From Tubiluchus corallicola (Eukaryota > Animalia > Priapulida), in NCBI GenBank assembly GCA_030141605.1, contig JAQGDQ010000068.1:1-64000 (forward strand): 64,000 nucleotides of DNA. The letters are read 5' to 3'. The position numbers were made by a program, and so were the translations under genes. Under the pieces are notes generated by a model. That model was not told where the DNA came from, searched no databases, and worked only from the letters and a program-made list of their open reading frames with translations. How positions within the stretch are numbered: the first letter of the stretch is position 1; each line of letters starts with the position of its first letter. This document shows positions 13,791-28,612 of the stretch, piece after piece.

Positions 13791-16019
13791 AAATAGTGAG
13801 AACTCTGAAAAAGCAATTCTACACTTCTACTATGGATATATTTAATTTTTTTTAAAGAATTATGATTTTTTTACTTATAGTTATAGGATTGCCTGAAATT
13901 ATAATTTGTCTTGGTTACTGTTTTTGTTTGTGTTGTATTTTGTAGACAATCAATTGACTGTTATATTTGGATGATACCAAATGACTCCTTTCTTAAACAA
14001 ATATTTGAAAGTTAAGTTACTCAGGCACAGAGAAATAATCAAGTTATAGTTGCTCTTGAGTGACGGTGCCACTTAAGAGTGAGTAATTTGGCAACCAAAA
14101 TAAGTAACTCCATATCGAATGACTAATTTGAATCTCGCAACGAGCTACTTGATGTTCACAAATGAGTAAATGAGTAGAATAAAACGAAAGATTTAATTAC
14201 TCCCGATGAGTGATTTTATGCTTGATTTGGGTTAACTTAATGTTCATGTGATTACAATTGGCCCGATTTACAAGTGAGTTAATCGTGCTTCAGTGTCGTT
14301 CTTTCAGAATTTGCAATTTTCTCTCAAATTGGATAGTCTTAGAACGATTATATTGTCTACTTAGTTTAAGGATTTAGCTGTTCGCTTCATAAATTACTTA
14401 TTTTGAACAATTTTCGCTATCGTATCCTTGTTATTCAGTCTTAGGTCCTAAATGAAAAATCTATTAACTCAATCCGAGCAATCAGATCAACGCGCTCATT
14501 TTGAATAATATAGATCTTTACCGCTTGTCCGGTTAGTATGCGTTCTTGAGTTAAGCAGTTGAACTAGGCTATATATTATACAGATCCAAAACTCGTGATT
14601 CTAGCTTGATGAAAAACGATTTGTTTCTTGACTTATTCGATTTAGTCGACAAATTGGATAAAGCCAATGTATTTAAATCCAGCTGATTGAGGAATTCCAG
14701 CTGAGCCGTTTCAATCGTTGAGCTTCAGCGATGAGGGTACGTGTAAGCGCTGTAATAGAAGCGCAGTATTAGACCTGAAAGGACTGTTGCAAAAGAAAAG
14801 AGCAAGAAACCTTGGAAAATCAATATACCTTTAATCCGGCAGCCAAAATGATCTGATGTTCCCTTTTAAGAATATTAAGGATGGTTCTTTGTCAACTTTG
14901 AACATTTTGAGATTTATTAAGTCGAAGCGTGCTGTTTCTTAAAATTATAACTGGTGTAGTTTAGACAACAGCTAGAAATTTAGACATTCTTTCATGGGGT
15001 TTGGGAAAACATAATAATTACAACTATACAATTTTAGCTAATCTGCTTATCCTACCTAGGTGCCTATGACATACTCCATGGTTTTCTACTTGACAACACT
15101 GCAAGCAAAAGTCGCATCATAGCATTATGGGTACCGGGTTATTTAATGAAACTTGTTTTCATTATGGTGATGCTTGTACGACTGAAAGAGAAGAAAAGAG
15201 AAATGGACAGACACTGAGTCATTGTGTTTATGGTGAAAAAAAGATTCTTAGAAGAAGAACATTTCAGCTATGAGGCACGATGACAGATAAACCAATACTT
15301 CAGTATCTCAAATTGCTCAAGAGTGGAACAAGGTCACCCTCAACATTTTTAAAGAGGATCATCAAAACATGAGAAATCCACTGAGAAAAAAAAACTTACA
15401 CGGAAAATGCAAGGTTCACCCCGCCGGCTGCCGACCTATAAACAAGTCTGACCTAGGTCAGACCAGTTAGGAATGAGTTTTCAGGGAAACACATTGTTTC
15501 AGAGCAAATCAGGTCGAGTCAACACATCTTAGCAATTCAGACTAGTCTGTCCTGCTGGGATCCTGGTAAAATGTAGTTTTAATTAATTGCAAAAAGTTGA
15601 AGAGTTGACTACAGTCATCACATGACGTCAAGTAAGCGATTGATTAATTGGGTTAACTAGGTTAACTAGGCAATTAAAGATAGGTAACTGGTAGACAAAA
15701 ACCAAATGAACCAAGATCGACTAAATTGTTTACCTTTCTACGAAATTTAGGAACAGACAATTTCAAAATCTGTTGTCGCCATGAATAAAAAATAGAAAAG
15801 TTACCTGATCTGTGGACACGCTGAAACTGAGAACAAAATACTACCACCATCATCGTTACAGCGAACATTACTACCGTTCTCATCATTGTTATCACAATCA
15901 CTATTATGATCATCAGCACCTTCGTCGTCGCCGTTGTCATTTTAAGTCTATATGCTCTATAAATTGTACCAAATAATACTCACTGCGTAGTACTTTTTGT
16001 TTCACTCAAGAGGTTTTAT

Positions 16020-16720
16020 CTAAGTATGTTATATACTGGGTATCTTGGGTTTCATCTTATTAGAAGTCAAAACTTTGAATAAGCCATAGAATTTGTAATT
16101 TCTTATTATTTCTTACATTATAATGATATTGAACCACCTCAGCAGTAACGTCAGTAACGGTATGGTCGTGTTTGAGACCCTCAATGAATTTGGTTACAAG
16201 TATGTGTCGTCAATCTGCGAGAACTTCAACCGGAGTACAATGAAGATAACGTCTTTACATTGCTGTCACTAATCCTTGGTGTGTGACTTCCATTTAGAGC
16301 TCAGTTTGCTGGATGACTGGCAACTGTGCATTTTTGAGGATATACAGCGTAGTTTACGACAGCAACTGGTGTGCATTTTCATGCCTCTAGAGAAAACTAG
16401 AGTATATTTGTGGACTTGCTCCTTTGGACCTTGAATTCAAAGCCATTGCAAGTGAAATGTGTCTCTAAAATACTCAGTTGGTAACAAAATGACTTTGTTA
16501 GGTGGAATGTTGTTAATATTGACAGTAAACAAGGAAATGGTATTGCCCGCATCGGCACTTCTGTGAGACAGCACGTAGCTGCTACTACAGAATACTTGAA
16601 ATTCACAAAAGACTTTCAGAAACCTAAATACCAGAAATCTATACATTAACCAAGTACCGAGTGAAATATTTCGCTATTATAAAAATGACTTGAATGGGGT
16701 TACAGCGAGGTAAAACAGAT
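16020..16720 (+). pseudogene. Highly decayed non-LTR retrotransposon fragment (post-RT region, possibly followed by RNase H)
   Basis: Frameshifted fragments GYLGF..., FEDIQRSLR...TGVHFHAS...YICGLAPLDLEFKAIA resemble LINE QR..LR.ATGA....L.V.CG..PLDL; NIDSKQGNG is weakly like RNase H TDGSK. Confidence 0.45.
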
Positions 16721-17344
16721 CTCAGTTAAACCCATCGTCTATAATACCAACACAAGTTTCGTTTAGTTCTCTGGCATTGCCGACCAAAAACAGACAATTA
16801 GAGTAACTGAGTTGCAGTTTTTTATTAGGCGGGGTAATTTTAACTATTTTTTGAATGACATTAGTCGTCACTTGATCCAACTTGTTCATTTTAGACGCCT
16901 GCGCAGTTGCTATTTGAATGTCAACTAGTTGATGCAGAAAAGAGAAGAGAATTTATTAATACTTTAAATAATATTTACGGTATGCATCAGGTATACATGA
17001 AACGAAGCGAATTCTGTTAGTAGCTTTTATTAATCTTATAAAAGGCAATCTTATCCTGTACACAACATCAGAAAACCTAGATTAAGCAAATTAATAGCGT
17101 GCATGAAGATTCTGTAGAATTTTTATTGGATAATACAGGTCTGTAAGACGCATATGTATGTAAATGTTCGATTAAAAATTTAAACTAAATTAGTGAGGTT
17201 CTGCAGAAGCGAAGTTGTTAAAGAATTTGATAGTGAACACACGTGATTACGTAATTTTGTTTTATGAATTAACATAGTATAATATGTTTTGCATTTTGTA
17301 ATCAAATTAATATGTTGTAAATTGTATGCCTGCAAATAGAGGTT

Positions 17345-17628
<284 letters not shown>

Positions 17629-18382
17629 AATTACAGCAATACTTAAATTGTATTTTTCATCGCTTCTACAACTGACTTAGTTTGAGCTGTTGTTTACTCT
17701 AATAGCCTTTGCTTTATAGAACACATTTCTATCAGAATCTGTTGGGACGAAGCAGTGCAATAAAATCTACTAATTGGTAACAGCCTTTTTGTTCTTCGCG
17801 CAGAAGATAAAAAAATTATACACTGTGCTTTACTAGTTAGCTTGCTTCTAATTATTCTGCTTTAGCAACGATTAAATGTAATTAAGAAGTTAGAAATTTT
17901 ATATTACACGGACGGTTTGTTTTTTACAATCGTAGTTGTGTTGTGATATTAATGTGCAGAGAAAACCTAAAATGGGTTTGATTAACTGGTTGGATTACAT
18001 TTGGTTGGATGAACGCGTGCCCTATGGGTGTGTGGGACAGCTGCTGGCTTCACACGAAACTACTGCAAGTGGCTGCATCCTTTGGACATCAGTAAATGTG
18101 ACATTATCGACCAGCTCAACCGTATCTATTGAATGGTAGTAATAATTGATGTGATATAGCATTGCTTAATACGAGGTCAGAGGAAATTTGCACGGGAGCA
18201 AGAATGAGGTATAATTTACATACCCACCATACGCACAGATTTGTAGTAGTTGAGTGATAGCATTTATGGCTTTTACAACAACCACGGGATCTTATTTTTG
18301 TGGGTCTTGAATAGAGTGATTTGTGTCTTCTTGATAGCAAATTCAGTGAAAAAAACAGCAGAAATCGTTGGACATGCATAAT

Positions 18383-18565
18383 GATATGATGACGATTATA
18401 GTGGTAGTGGTGGTAGTGTTGATGATGATGGTGATGGTGAGGACGACGACGACAACAACAACAGCAAAAACAACCAAAAACAACGACAACGACAACGACA
18501 ACGACGACGACGAAAGCAACGACAACGACAACAACAGCAAGAACAAGAACAAGAATAAGAATAAA
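18383..18565. repeat. Compound tri/hexanucleotide array (GAT/GGT/GAC/AAC/AAGAAC)
   Basis: Directly visible; explains the ORFs at 18116-18826. Confidence 0.85.
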
Positions 18566-21500
18566 CTGAATTTGTCTTCGCTTCGTGGCCTGTGTGAAAT
18601 AAATATTGCTGCCATAACTAGTACAGGTATTTGGCTTCAAATAATTCCAGTAAAAATAAAAATTATCTCTGATTTATTTTTGGTATCTGGTCTTGGCCTA
18701 CAGAGACCTATTATTCCATTGACCTCTGATCGAGTCTTTGCTTGTGTGCAAGCCTTTGTGTGTGCGTCTGCGTCCTCCTTATTTATGTCCTTGTGGATAA
18801 TGAATCCTGACAAGCAACTCACTTAGCAATAACTGCACTTATCTGATGGACATAAATGGTATATACGACTGATTTGCACTAAATCAACTATAAATTTTAA
18901 CTTTGCTATATACAGGGTGGAAAGAAGGCATCGTTGGATTGATTGGTTATCCATGTATAGCGTAAGAATAATTGAACAGTCGCAGACAAGAGAGAAAGAG
19001 AAACAGAGCGGCAGAGAGAGAGAGCGGGGGAGATGAGAGAAAAGGAGGCGCATTGATAAAGGAAGAGAAATAAGACAAAAGACAGTGGTACAAAAATAGA
19101 CAAAAATAGAGAGGTAGCATTTGACAAACTCATGGAATAAATGATGTTTCGAAGTACCTATAACATTTCAAATGACATCTGCTTTGACAATGGCAACGTC
19201 CTCATTAAATTGATAAACTTTTACCGCCTTGTGCATTTTGCTAAGTTTTTGTGCTGCTGATGTTGAATCTGTCGTCCATCGTCCTTATTAAACCAATCAA
19301 GTCTACGCTGGCTGGGCAGTGAATGAAGATAACTAGTGAATTGTCTGCAATGGGCCTGTTCAAGAGTTCGTGTAACCGCACAACAGTTTGGTTAATGAAC
19401 GTTAACAACATCGTGCAATGTTCTTCTTAATATACCACGCCTACGCGCCAGTAAAAGCTTTGATGAAGTTGTCTACGTAGCATTTACAGAAATTCAATTA
19501 CGAACTTGAAAAATGTTGCTTTTTCCTTATTTTTCAGCTTAGTACGTCATAAATGTAATAAATAACACCTTAGTTATAAAGAACATACATTTACCTTAAT
19601 CTTGAAAAATAAAAAAAACAGAATTTTGCTTTTAACCGAAATTTTTTGCTGCAGATGTCTTTACTGTAGATTTTTACTCTAAACCAGATACTATAGTCTA
19701 ATGAACAACGCGCTTGCTTTCCGTCTGAGAGGTTGTTCCTTTTTGTTTGCTTCTCACACGATAATATTGTATGTCGCAAAGCCTTATCAATGTCGTAACA
19801 CTTTATCATACTGTCCACTAATAAAAATGAATGAATTTATGTGTGAGCACGTCAGAGTTCATGAATCACATAGTTTTAATTTCAAAGACAACAAAAAAGT
19901 AAATTCCTAAAAATGATGGGTCCACAAACGTGTGACTCTGTGCTAATTGATGAAGACGGCATCGTGTAATTTAATTTTGCTTCTTAGTGTGAAATGGGGC
20001 AGTATTTAAAATAAACTGATGTAACAAAAGCATCAACAAAATCAGAATATGAGTTGTGCGCAGCAGCTTAAATAAATCATTATTGCAATAACTGTGACTA
20101 CAGAAGAGATAGTAAAGACAAACTCATCTTTACCCGGTTTCAAAACACCGGAATTCTTTCATGCATTTCATGGCCGTCCTGTTATAACTGGTCAACTTGC
20201 ATCAATTTCCATTCACAGTAAATTACGCTCTGCCTGCTCTTGAATGTTTTTATAAATTGTTAAAGCAATTACGGACGCTTTTCCCCTAAGGAGAATCGTT
20301 TAAGACGAGATCGAGTGCACTTCTTCAGTTGAACGATTTTTTGTTTTTCAACTGGCGTTTTTATTAATGAGAGGGAAATAGTTAAACGTGATTGAGGATC
20401 AATAATTGTCTAGCAAACAGCTAAAATTCTTCAAGCAGTTATTAGTTGTTATTTTTATTAAGTAAAGAGTACCATGGGATTGTTTAGAATTCAGTTTCCT
20501 TAGTGTGCATAAATGTACATTTTCATCTCTTACAGTAGCAAATATAAATTTGTACTGTGCACGTTTGGTATACCCAGACCTAGTGTACGTTGTCCTTTTT
20601 ATTCACAGTGAAAAACCCGATCATCTTAAAGTCTGGCTGCCTTTTTACTAACCATACTTTGATCAACAAAATTATTTATTCATATAAGAACATTACAAAA
20701 TTTAACGCAACGCGGTTTTTAGAAGCCTTCAGATTTAGTACTAGGTAAATTAAGGCTGTTCTGATTTCAATACTATATGAACTGGGTTATGTGTAGCATG
20801 TGCCGATTTAGCATCTCATCTCGGAAGATTATCCCCGGTAATTAGCTAAGTTCAGGTGACGGTACAATAATTAAACTACTACTAGTAGTACATGATCTAG
20901 AGTGCTGCGCTGCATAACAGTAGCTAATGCCCTTATTCTAAAATGATAACTTGCAAATTCGTATTTTCGTTTTTTTTCTGTGTATCAAATATAATTTAGT
21001 TGTACAGTACTTAAACCTCAACTACGCCTCAACTAGCATACTTTGTGAGATTTGGGATTACACTATAGGCTCATGCGTACAAGGAATTTAAAAACGCTTT
21101 TGCGTAAAAATTAATATCTGTCAGCGGTAAACGGAGGCTGTTTGTTACTAAGACTTCTGACATTATTGTTTTTGTCAAACGTTTGTCTAAACTCTAGAGC
21201 ATTTACTCCCTAACTACTAACGCATTTCGACCGGACGTGAAAATTTTGATGGATTGCTGAGTTTGTTCGTCGGCACTGTTCTTTTGCTCTTTGATGCCAA
21301 TTTTCAACCTCCGATGATTATCGATTGCGTCCTGTTTTGCTGAATGACTTATTACAATGCAGATGAGTCTGTTCTTACTTTAGATACAGGCTTCAATGTC
21401 AACAGAACGCTGTGTTGCCTGGCAAACTGCGCAAATAGCTGTAGGTGATTACACACAACTAAACATGTTACTGAAAAATGAAAAACTCTCAGGCTATGAA

Positions 21501-23204
21501 TGGCTAATATAGTTGGAAAAAGGCACTGCGAAGTTATCTAACGCTAAAAGATAAACGGCAGCAGGCCTGCTTAGTAAAGGCGGTCTTGTTTGATTCAAAG
21601 TGTCGTGAATTTTGTTTTTCTTATGAGAAATCAATGGATTTAAAGAAAATTAAAAGCAGATTAAAAGGAAAAACATTAACTGGAGAATGAAGTTCCAAAT
21701 CTTAATTATGTAAGTTGTAGGTCAGAAAAAAAGAGCCCAACCATTTACGCCTATATCAAGCCAGGCTTCAAAACCTAGCCAAAGTTCTAAGAATTATCAA
21801 TCCACCAACCAAATCTAATCTAAAAATGCAGTGCCTATTAATTAATTAATTATTGTATAAATGCATTCATATGATTACAGAAGTGTCGACTTCAATAAAA
21901 TTTACGACATAAAGTAACTACAAAGGCAATTGTAGTAATTTACAGGCATGCTGTAAAACCGACAAAGTAAGTCAACATGCCAAAAATTAATGTTACGGAT
22001 CTGGCTATCTTCCGTTCGAAGTGCTTTACTGGATGAGCGATGGTCATTGTTACTTTTAATGGAATAAAGGAACACAGAATCCAACAATATTGGACTGGTA
22101 CAATAAAAATTGTACGTGCTAGGTGTTTATGGTATCCTTCCCGATTATATTCAGCGGATTTTTTGGAGAACCTGATAATGAATACATTATGATTTTTTTG
22201 TAGCAGTTTAAATGAAAACAGTGTAAACTAAAAACTACTTAACAAGAACGAACTTTTGATGGATTTCACTACAATAAGAAGTACAACTACGAAATAAAAG
22301 TTGAAAGTAATGCAGTTGAATGGCTGTACTGTACATTTCAAACATCACAGGTAAAATTATGGCATTAATTATTCATTTAATGATTGAAAATAACCAGTTC
22401 AAAATCCTATTTTACCGACCAGCGTTGGTGTTCAAATGCGAGGTGCAACGGAGTAATACGCACAATTAAAAATTTGATTACTAAGATGATTGCCGGAGGA
22501 AAGAGGGAGAACCCAGAGAAGTGATGTTTGTTGGGGAGGGGGAGCAATACGCGCGTAGTTAAAATTCGATTGCAATTCAAATTGATGCCGCGTATCAATT
22601 ACTACCTCTCTTGCTTCGACTTTATAGAACTCATTTCAAGAGAGTTAACTGATACTTTTTAGCACAACTTTTTCTACATGAGAATTGAAAACATGTTAAA
22701 ACGACTTCGCTACGGTGAAAACAGTAGAACGTTTTAAGCTGGATCTAAAACGGGCTCAGGCACAGAGAACGCTCACACGATGTAAATATTCGCGAAGCTC
22801 AAACTTTTGATGCAAATTTCCATGTGGCGGTGACAGTAATATAAAATCTGCAGGCATACATGTATAAAAATGCATTAATTTTCAACACGTAACCCAAACT
22901 TCTGGCTTTCAATATGAAAAGGCATTCAAATTCAATGGTTATAATGCAAACGGCAAGTACAGTTTAGCTAATCAATTCTTGTTTAATTTTTTTTCTGCTT
23001 GTCTGTTTACTGTTAGCCAAAGTTCCCAATTCCAGTGACAAACTAACTGAAAGTGCATAAACTGGAAAAAAATAGCAAATTCAAGAAAGACGTCAAAATT
23101 TTTCATTTGGCAGTACAGTTATAATAATTATACTAATAATTTCGTTTAGCACATAGTCCAAGTATAACACCTTAGGCAACTCAATACTTATTTGCAAGGT
23201 GGTC

Positions 23205-23348
23205 CCGATTATTAATACCTGCACCCGCGTGCTTGGTCGATGAACCAGCGGTACCATTTTTAATGTCTTTGGTTAGACTCGGTCGAGAGTTGAACCCACG
23301 GCCTCCCGGGTGGGAAGCGAGCACGCTTTCAATGAGCTACGCCACCCT
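23205..23348 (-). mobile_element. tRNA-derived SINE 5' portion
   Basis: Minus strand ggcgtagctcattgaaagcg (A-box-like)...gggttcaactctcg (B-box-like), followed by accaaagacattaaaaatggtacc, which resembles the conserved central domain of Meta/MESC-type SINEs. Confidence 0.6.
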
Positions 23349-26300
23349 GTACAAAATCTAGTTATGGAATCTAGCCGTTCCAAAAAGAATGTACTAATGA
23401 ATTAGTGCCGCCATCGATTATGCAATCAAGTTGCTGTGACCAGGAAAGATGTTTGGCTTGAACTATAACTGCGGCTACACATGTAAGTCTCGCGAGTTAC
23501 AAGCATAAGTATGTTGTACGTTATAACAACGGCATGAATGCCCAGACGTTTTCGTTTCACCAGCGGACGAATATTGAAATACCTCATTGAGAGTTTGAAG
23601 AGCTTTGTAAATAGACAGGCATCGAACGGGTTGCGAATTTCCGGTAACGATCCCTGTAGAGACTCAAAATTGTTACTACTGCATGGCTGGGCTGGCCCTT
23701 ATGCAGCTTTATTGCTTCCTCGTTTGAGGGCACAGTTGATCAATTGGCATTATTTGATATTAAGTCTTAAATATTTCTATACAACTTCTCTTATGATTCT
23801 AATCATCATTGCTTTGTAATTTGTAACTACTAGAACCAGTGATGTAATAACAAACTCACCACCAGGAGTCTTTACAAGTTGTTACAGTTTGACGGCTTCC
23901 CGGGAAAAAAGACAGTGGATTTGCTGGAGATTTGGGACTAGTAGTTTACTGCAGAGAAGTAGAACCTGGTAGCGTTTAATCTAAAGCAGTGGTTTTAGGT
24001 CTCATCCTCCCCTTACGAGAACGGTTTTTTAGTTCTTGTGCCGTCTTGGATTGTCATTTAATTTATAATCGTTTTCGTCATTAATATTTTTGCAGCGGTA
24101 ATTAGCCTATTGAAAAAAACTTGAACAGTATGCAGGACATGAAGCTCTGTTCTAAAGCCATTTCACCCATTCCACTAATTTTTTTCTAATACGCTTGTAT
24201 TTGCCGTCAGGCGAAATCGGGATTCCAAATTGACATCTGCGCGTCTTCAAGGTGGCATAATGTCGACTCTTATCACATAATTTTGCTGTTTTTAAATATA
24301 TGACATTCACCACATGTTTTATTGCGAAACTGAGAAACACAAATCGAAATCGACACATTAACTTCCCAGCAACTGACTTTCTCATTTTTCAAGACGTAGC
24401 GGGAATTATTCATAAAACTTTAAGCGTGGAATTTTCTGTTTACAGTCATATTTTACAGGATTAAGCAATGTCAATTGTGGTTCATGAAAATTTGCAATTT
24501 CTACGCTTGCATTGGCGAGCAGCTGTAGACTGCGTTAAAGTGAATACATGTATATTCATTATGAATGCGTTTTTATGAATAAATTATATGAAATTCTACC
24601 AGACTCACAAAAGCGATGAAATATTAGATAAGTAAAATTGAATTTCTGCAGCTGACGGATTTCATAAAAGCAACGCGTTGCTTAGTATTCTCTATTATAG
24701 GCATGTAACACGCTGCATGCACGGGGCGTTTGTTTGTTAACATGAGTTTATCTACTCAGCTTTAACCCCAAAATTGGGTTTCTTCTTAGAAAGTCTTTAA
24801 ATACTAAATTTGATTAAAGAACTGTTCTTATAGGCTTGATAGATTAAATAATGCCCCGAACTTCCAAATTATAGTCTGTTTCAAATGAGCGTTCATGAGC
24901 ACGTATTTTCTGGATTTAAACACCTAGTCATGCGCATGCTCGTTATTTTGCGGGCAGAAATGTAAAATTTAAAACCTCGTTTTCACTTCCTATGCGCCAT
25001 TTATGGAAAGCCGGGAAACATCACAGTTTATGTCTAACACGTTAAGTCAGTACAAACAATTAATGTCAGTTTTGTTATATTACTTGCTTTTGTTTATTGA
25101 GCGTATTCATCACATACACATGGTGCACAGTAGTAATTTTGAAAAAAAGACAAACGGTTCATACTCAGTATAAAGTTATAAAACATTAATCCTGTACATA
25201 GGATATTGTATATATGCTATATGGGATTATGTACTATACTACAGGTTCTAAAACTCAAATTTTTTACTCTCAAATTTTTCTGTTTCCTCTGTTCTTTAGG
25301 CCTACTTTGTTTTTGTCAGTGTAGATTTACGACATTTCTTATTTGTGAATGTAACTTTTACAATAAACAAGTTCATCAACAAAAAGGCAGTATTCATTTC
25401 TTTATTAAATTAAACATGATCAAAACGGTTTCACTGTGCTGCTTTCGTAATTCCATTTCTGCGTTAAAGGTACTACAAAGATTACTTAGATTTGTGGCTT
25501 TTAGTGAAATGCCATTCAATTTTAAACGTTTTTTGTTTTGTGCTGTGCTGTACATTAGTATTGTGCTGAGAAGGCATGTTTTACCTCCATGTTTTACCGC
25601 CCTCTTACTATGTGAATTTATTAGTCTTGTATTTTACTAAGAACTTTTATTGTGTTTTAAGACTACCCAGTTCATGAAGGTATGACGCCTAATTTTGATC
25701 AGCTCGTTAATGATGCCCTTTGCGCCTCTTCAAACTTATTTTCCGCATGTGGTCAGTTTTAGGAATTAGTTGAGCTTAGTGTGCGAAGCACGTCGTTAAC
25801 ACAAGCAGCTAACGAGAACTAACCGGAATAAGCCTCTCAATTATAGAATTTCCAGTGCATTAGTCTCCCATGGTAAAGATGTCTGAAAGAGGCTTCAACT
25901 GTGTTGTTAGAAGCAAAGCATCTTAACTCAACATCTAATGCAGAAAAAAGCAAATGTCACTGATTACTATGACTCTTAGCTTAGCTAACTGATTTACCTT
26001 CAGTAATATTAACAAGCGTATATATTCAAGATTAAAAAACAATATAAAGTTAGCAGACCTATAAAATAATAATCCAAAATCGCGTTTATAATGAACTTTT
26101 TGCTATATTTGCCGTTATAACACGACATAAAACGGTTCGCGGAATATTATGCTTTTATTTCTGCACAATAGTTGAATAGTTAGTTAATAGTAAACATTAT
26201 TTTTTAAACGTTTATGTCGATTGATTATATCTTGGTCGAAATTGTGAAAACTCCCTGTTATTTAAAATTTCATCCTGCGCGTAAATGATTTGTAATATTT

Positions 26301-28612
26301 ATTCACGAGTCATGCGGATTCATTACTTTCATTTTTGATCTGTATGATTGTTGACGTTATGATCTTTTTTGTCTTCATCATCTTTTTCTGTTCCGATAAC
26401 TATATGTAATTTTTGTAATTTTTGAATGTCGCTTAATACCGAAATTAAACAATATTATGTATTCAAAAAATCATCAAATTTTTATCTCAGCGTATGGACA
26501 AAAGCCACTTCGTCGACGTCAATTTTCCGCTAACAGTAGAAATTATAACAAAATAAAACAGGTGTTTCCTTATAAAGTAAAACATCATCAATGTCAGACA
26601 AGCTGTGGAATATATTAGAATGGTAATTTGACAAAATTGCACAAATGAAGCATAATGACAGAAATGTATACTTAGAATATTGAGAAAACCTATTGTAGAA
26701 ATGTTAAGTAAATATGAGTTAAGTTTTCAATGAAAACGTAATTTGTAAAATGTATAAGGTCTCTGGTGTTTTGAAGTTGCTTATCACACTTACTATAGTT
26801 AATCAGTGGTCATAAAACATTAATTGAACTCAGTATTACAGTGACACTGTGTCAAAAAACTGCACAAGTGACCTTAGACATATGTCTGTTGCCATTCTTC
26901 ATGGACCTGGCAATGGAACTCATAATGATTATTATTCTACAACTGTAGGCCTACCTCTAATTTCAGTTCTTCGCGCACAGAATCATACATGCAGCAGGCT
27001 TGCACTTCAAAAATGAGGTTAAACGTTGGCACTTAGAAATTATAACATTATATTAAGAAAATTGTATCTTGGAGTAATAGCAAACGCCGATATGTAGATT
27101 CCCGTTGTAAAAGTTTTACAATCACTTTGTCAAATTTCTTTTTTAAATAAGTCTGAGTAGTTCATTTCTTTCAGCTGAAATTAGTACGCTGGACAATGTG
27201 TAACATAATAAAAAACGTTTGAACGTTAATTTGAGGAAAAGTGGATCATTCTATAACAAACAGCAGCTTGTGACTGTGTGCACTGCGCAGATTGCTAATT
27301 TATGATATTTGTTGCTATTTTTTCCTGTTACACGAAACGAATTAAACAGAAAAAGCTAGGTGGCTCACTGCAGCCCTAAGCTAAAACTGAGCAAAAACAA
27401 AGGCAACAACAACTGCAAGAGCAAGGACTGCAGCGGACGACGGCAACAACAACGACAAATCAGTACCTCTATGGTACAGCTTGCGCAAGAAGAAATGTCA
27501 ATTACCAAACAATCTTGCAAACACTGAGCTCAGAGTTGCACTTCTAGCTACGAGTGCAATCCTATGTACTCTTGCAATATTTATAGAGCAGGCTAACCCT
27601 GTCTTGTCGTACTTCGGTTAATTTCTAAAAACTTAATTGTGTGTGGGTGTAATGCTGCTAATAGAAGTTTAAGAAATTGGACATCAAAATAGTCAAATGA
27701 CGACGGACGAGATTTTAATCCACAATTCACGTGCGGTATTCTAACGCACTACACTATGGAAATTCGTTTTAGATGTTTCAATATAGAAACGTCCATTTGC
27801 ATTGCCCTAGGTGTATGGTTGGATTATTCGTTTGTGTATTTTCATTTTTTGATTTTTGCTTGTTCATTCAGTTAATGCTGTTTTCACAGTGTGTTTTGGC
27901 GCATTCGTTCTTTAGTCAATAGATTTTTGAAATCAGACAGTAGTTTGTGTAATTGCTTTATAGGTGCTGTTGTGTTCCTTGAAAAATGCCTTGTTTTCAA
28001 AAAAAACTAGCACATTTCGTTTTTTGAACAAGGTAGTGGTTCGCTTGGTTGTGTTTGTGTGAAGTTTTTGGCTTAGAAATTACGTATTTTACAGAATTTT
28101 TGGTCGTAGATCACACTTTCCGGAAATAAGCATTACAAGCCGGAAGTCGTTTGACAGATGGCGCTGTTGTGCTTTAACATCGGCATTTCAAAACAATCCC
28201 CGAGCTAAAACCTTGGTCGAAATAACGATCCACTTCTCTCAAAGAGCTGAGCATTTCGACAAGGCTTTGTGCCTAATGAGCTTCAAGCTGGGGATGCATT
28301 CGGGGAATTTTATAACTTTCTGCTATAATTGGCATGAACAAAAGTGTGGCAGCTGCTGCTGCAATAGTACGGAGAAAATGTGTAAAACGTTTTTCTGCCA
28401 TAATTTCAATTCTCTATCCACGGATTTAACTAGAAAATAATTATCTGGTCCTCATTTTTATAAAACCGATGCGTGTATCTACACTGCTTAAAATCTGCTG
28501 ATTCATATCATTTGCTTCACTGTGTGACAACTTCATCATTTAGCTCGCACCTAATAACTCAATGCCAAAGCTGAATTAGAATTTCAAAATATTTCAGTTC
28601 AAGAACAAACTA

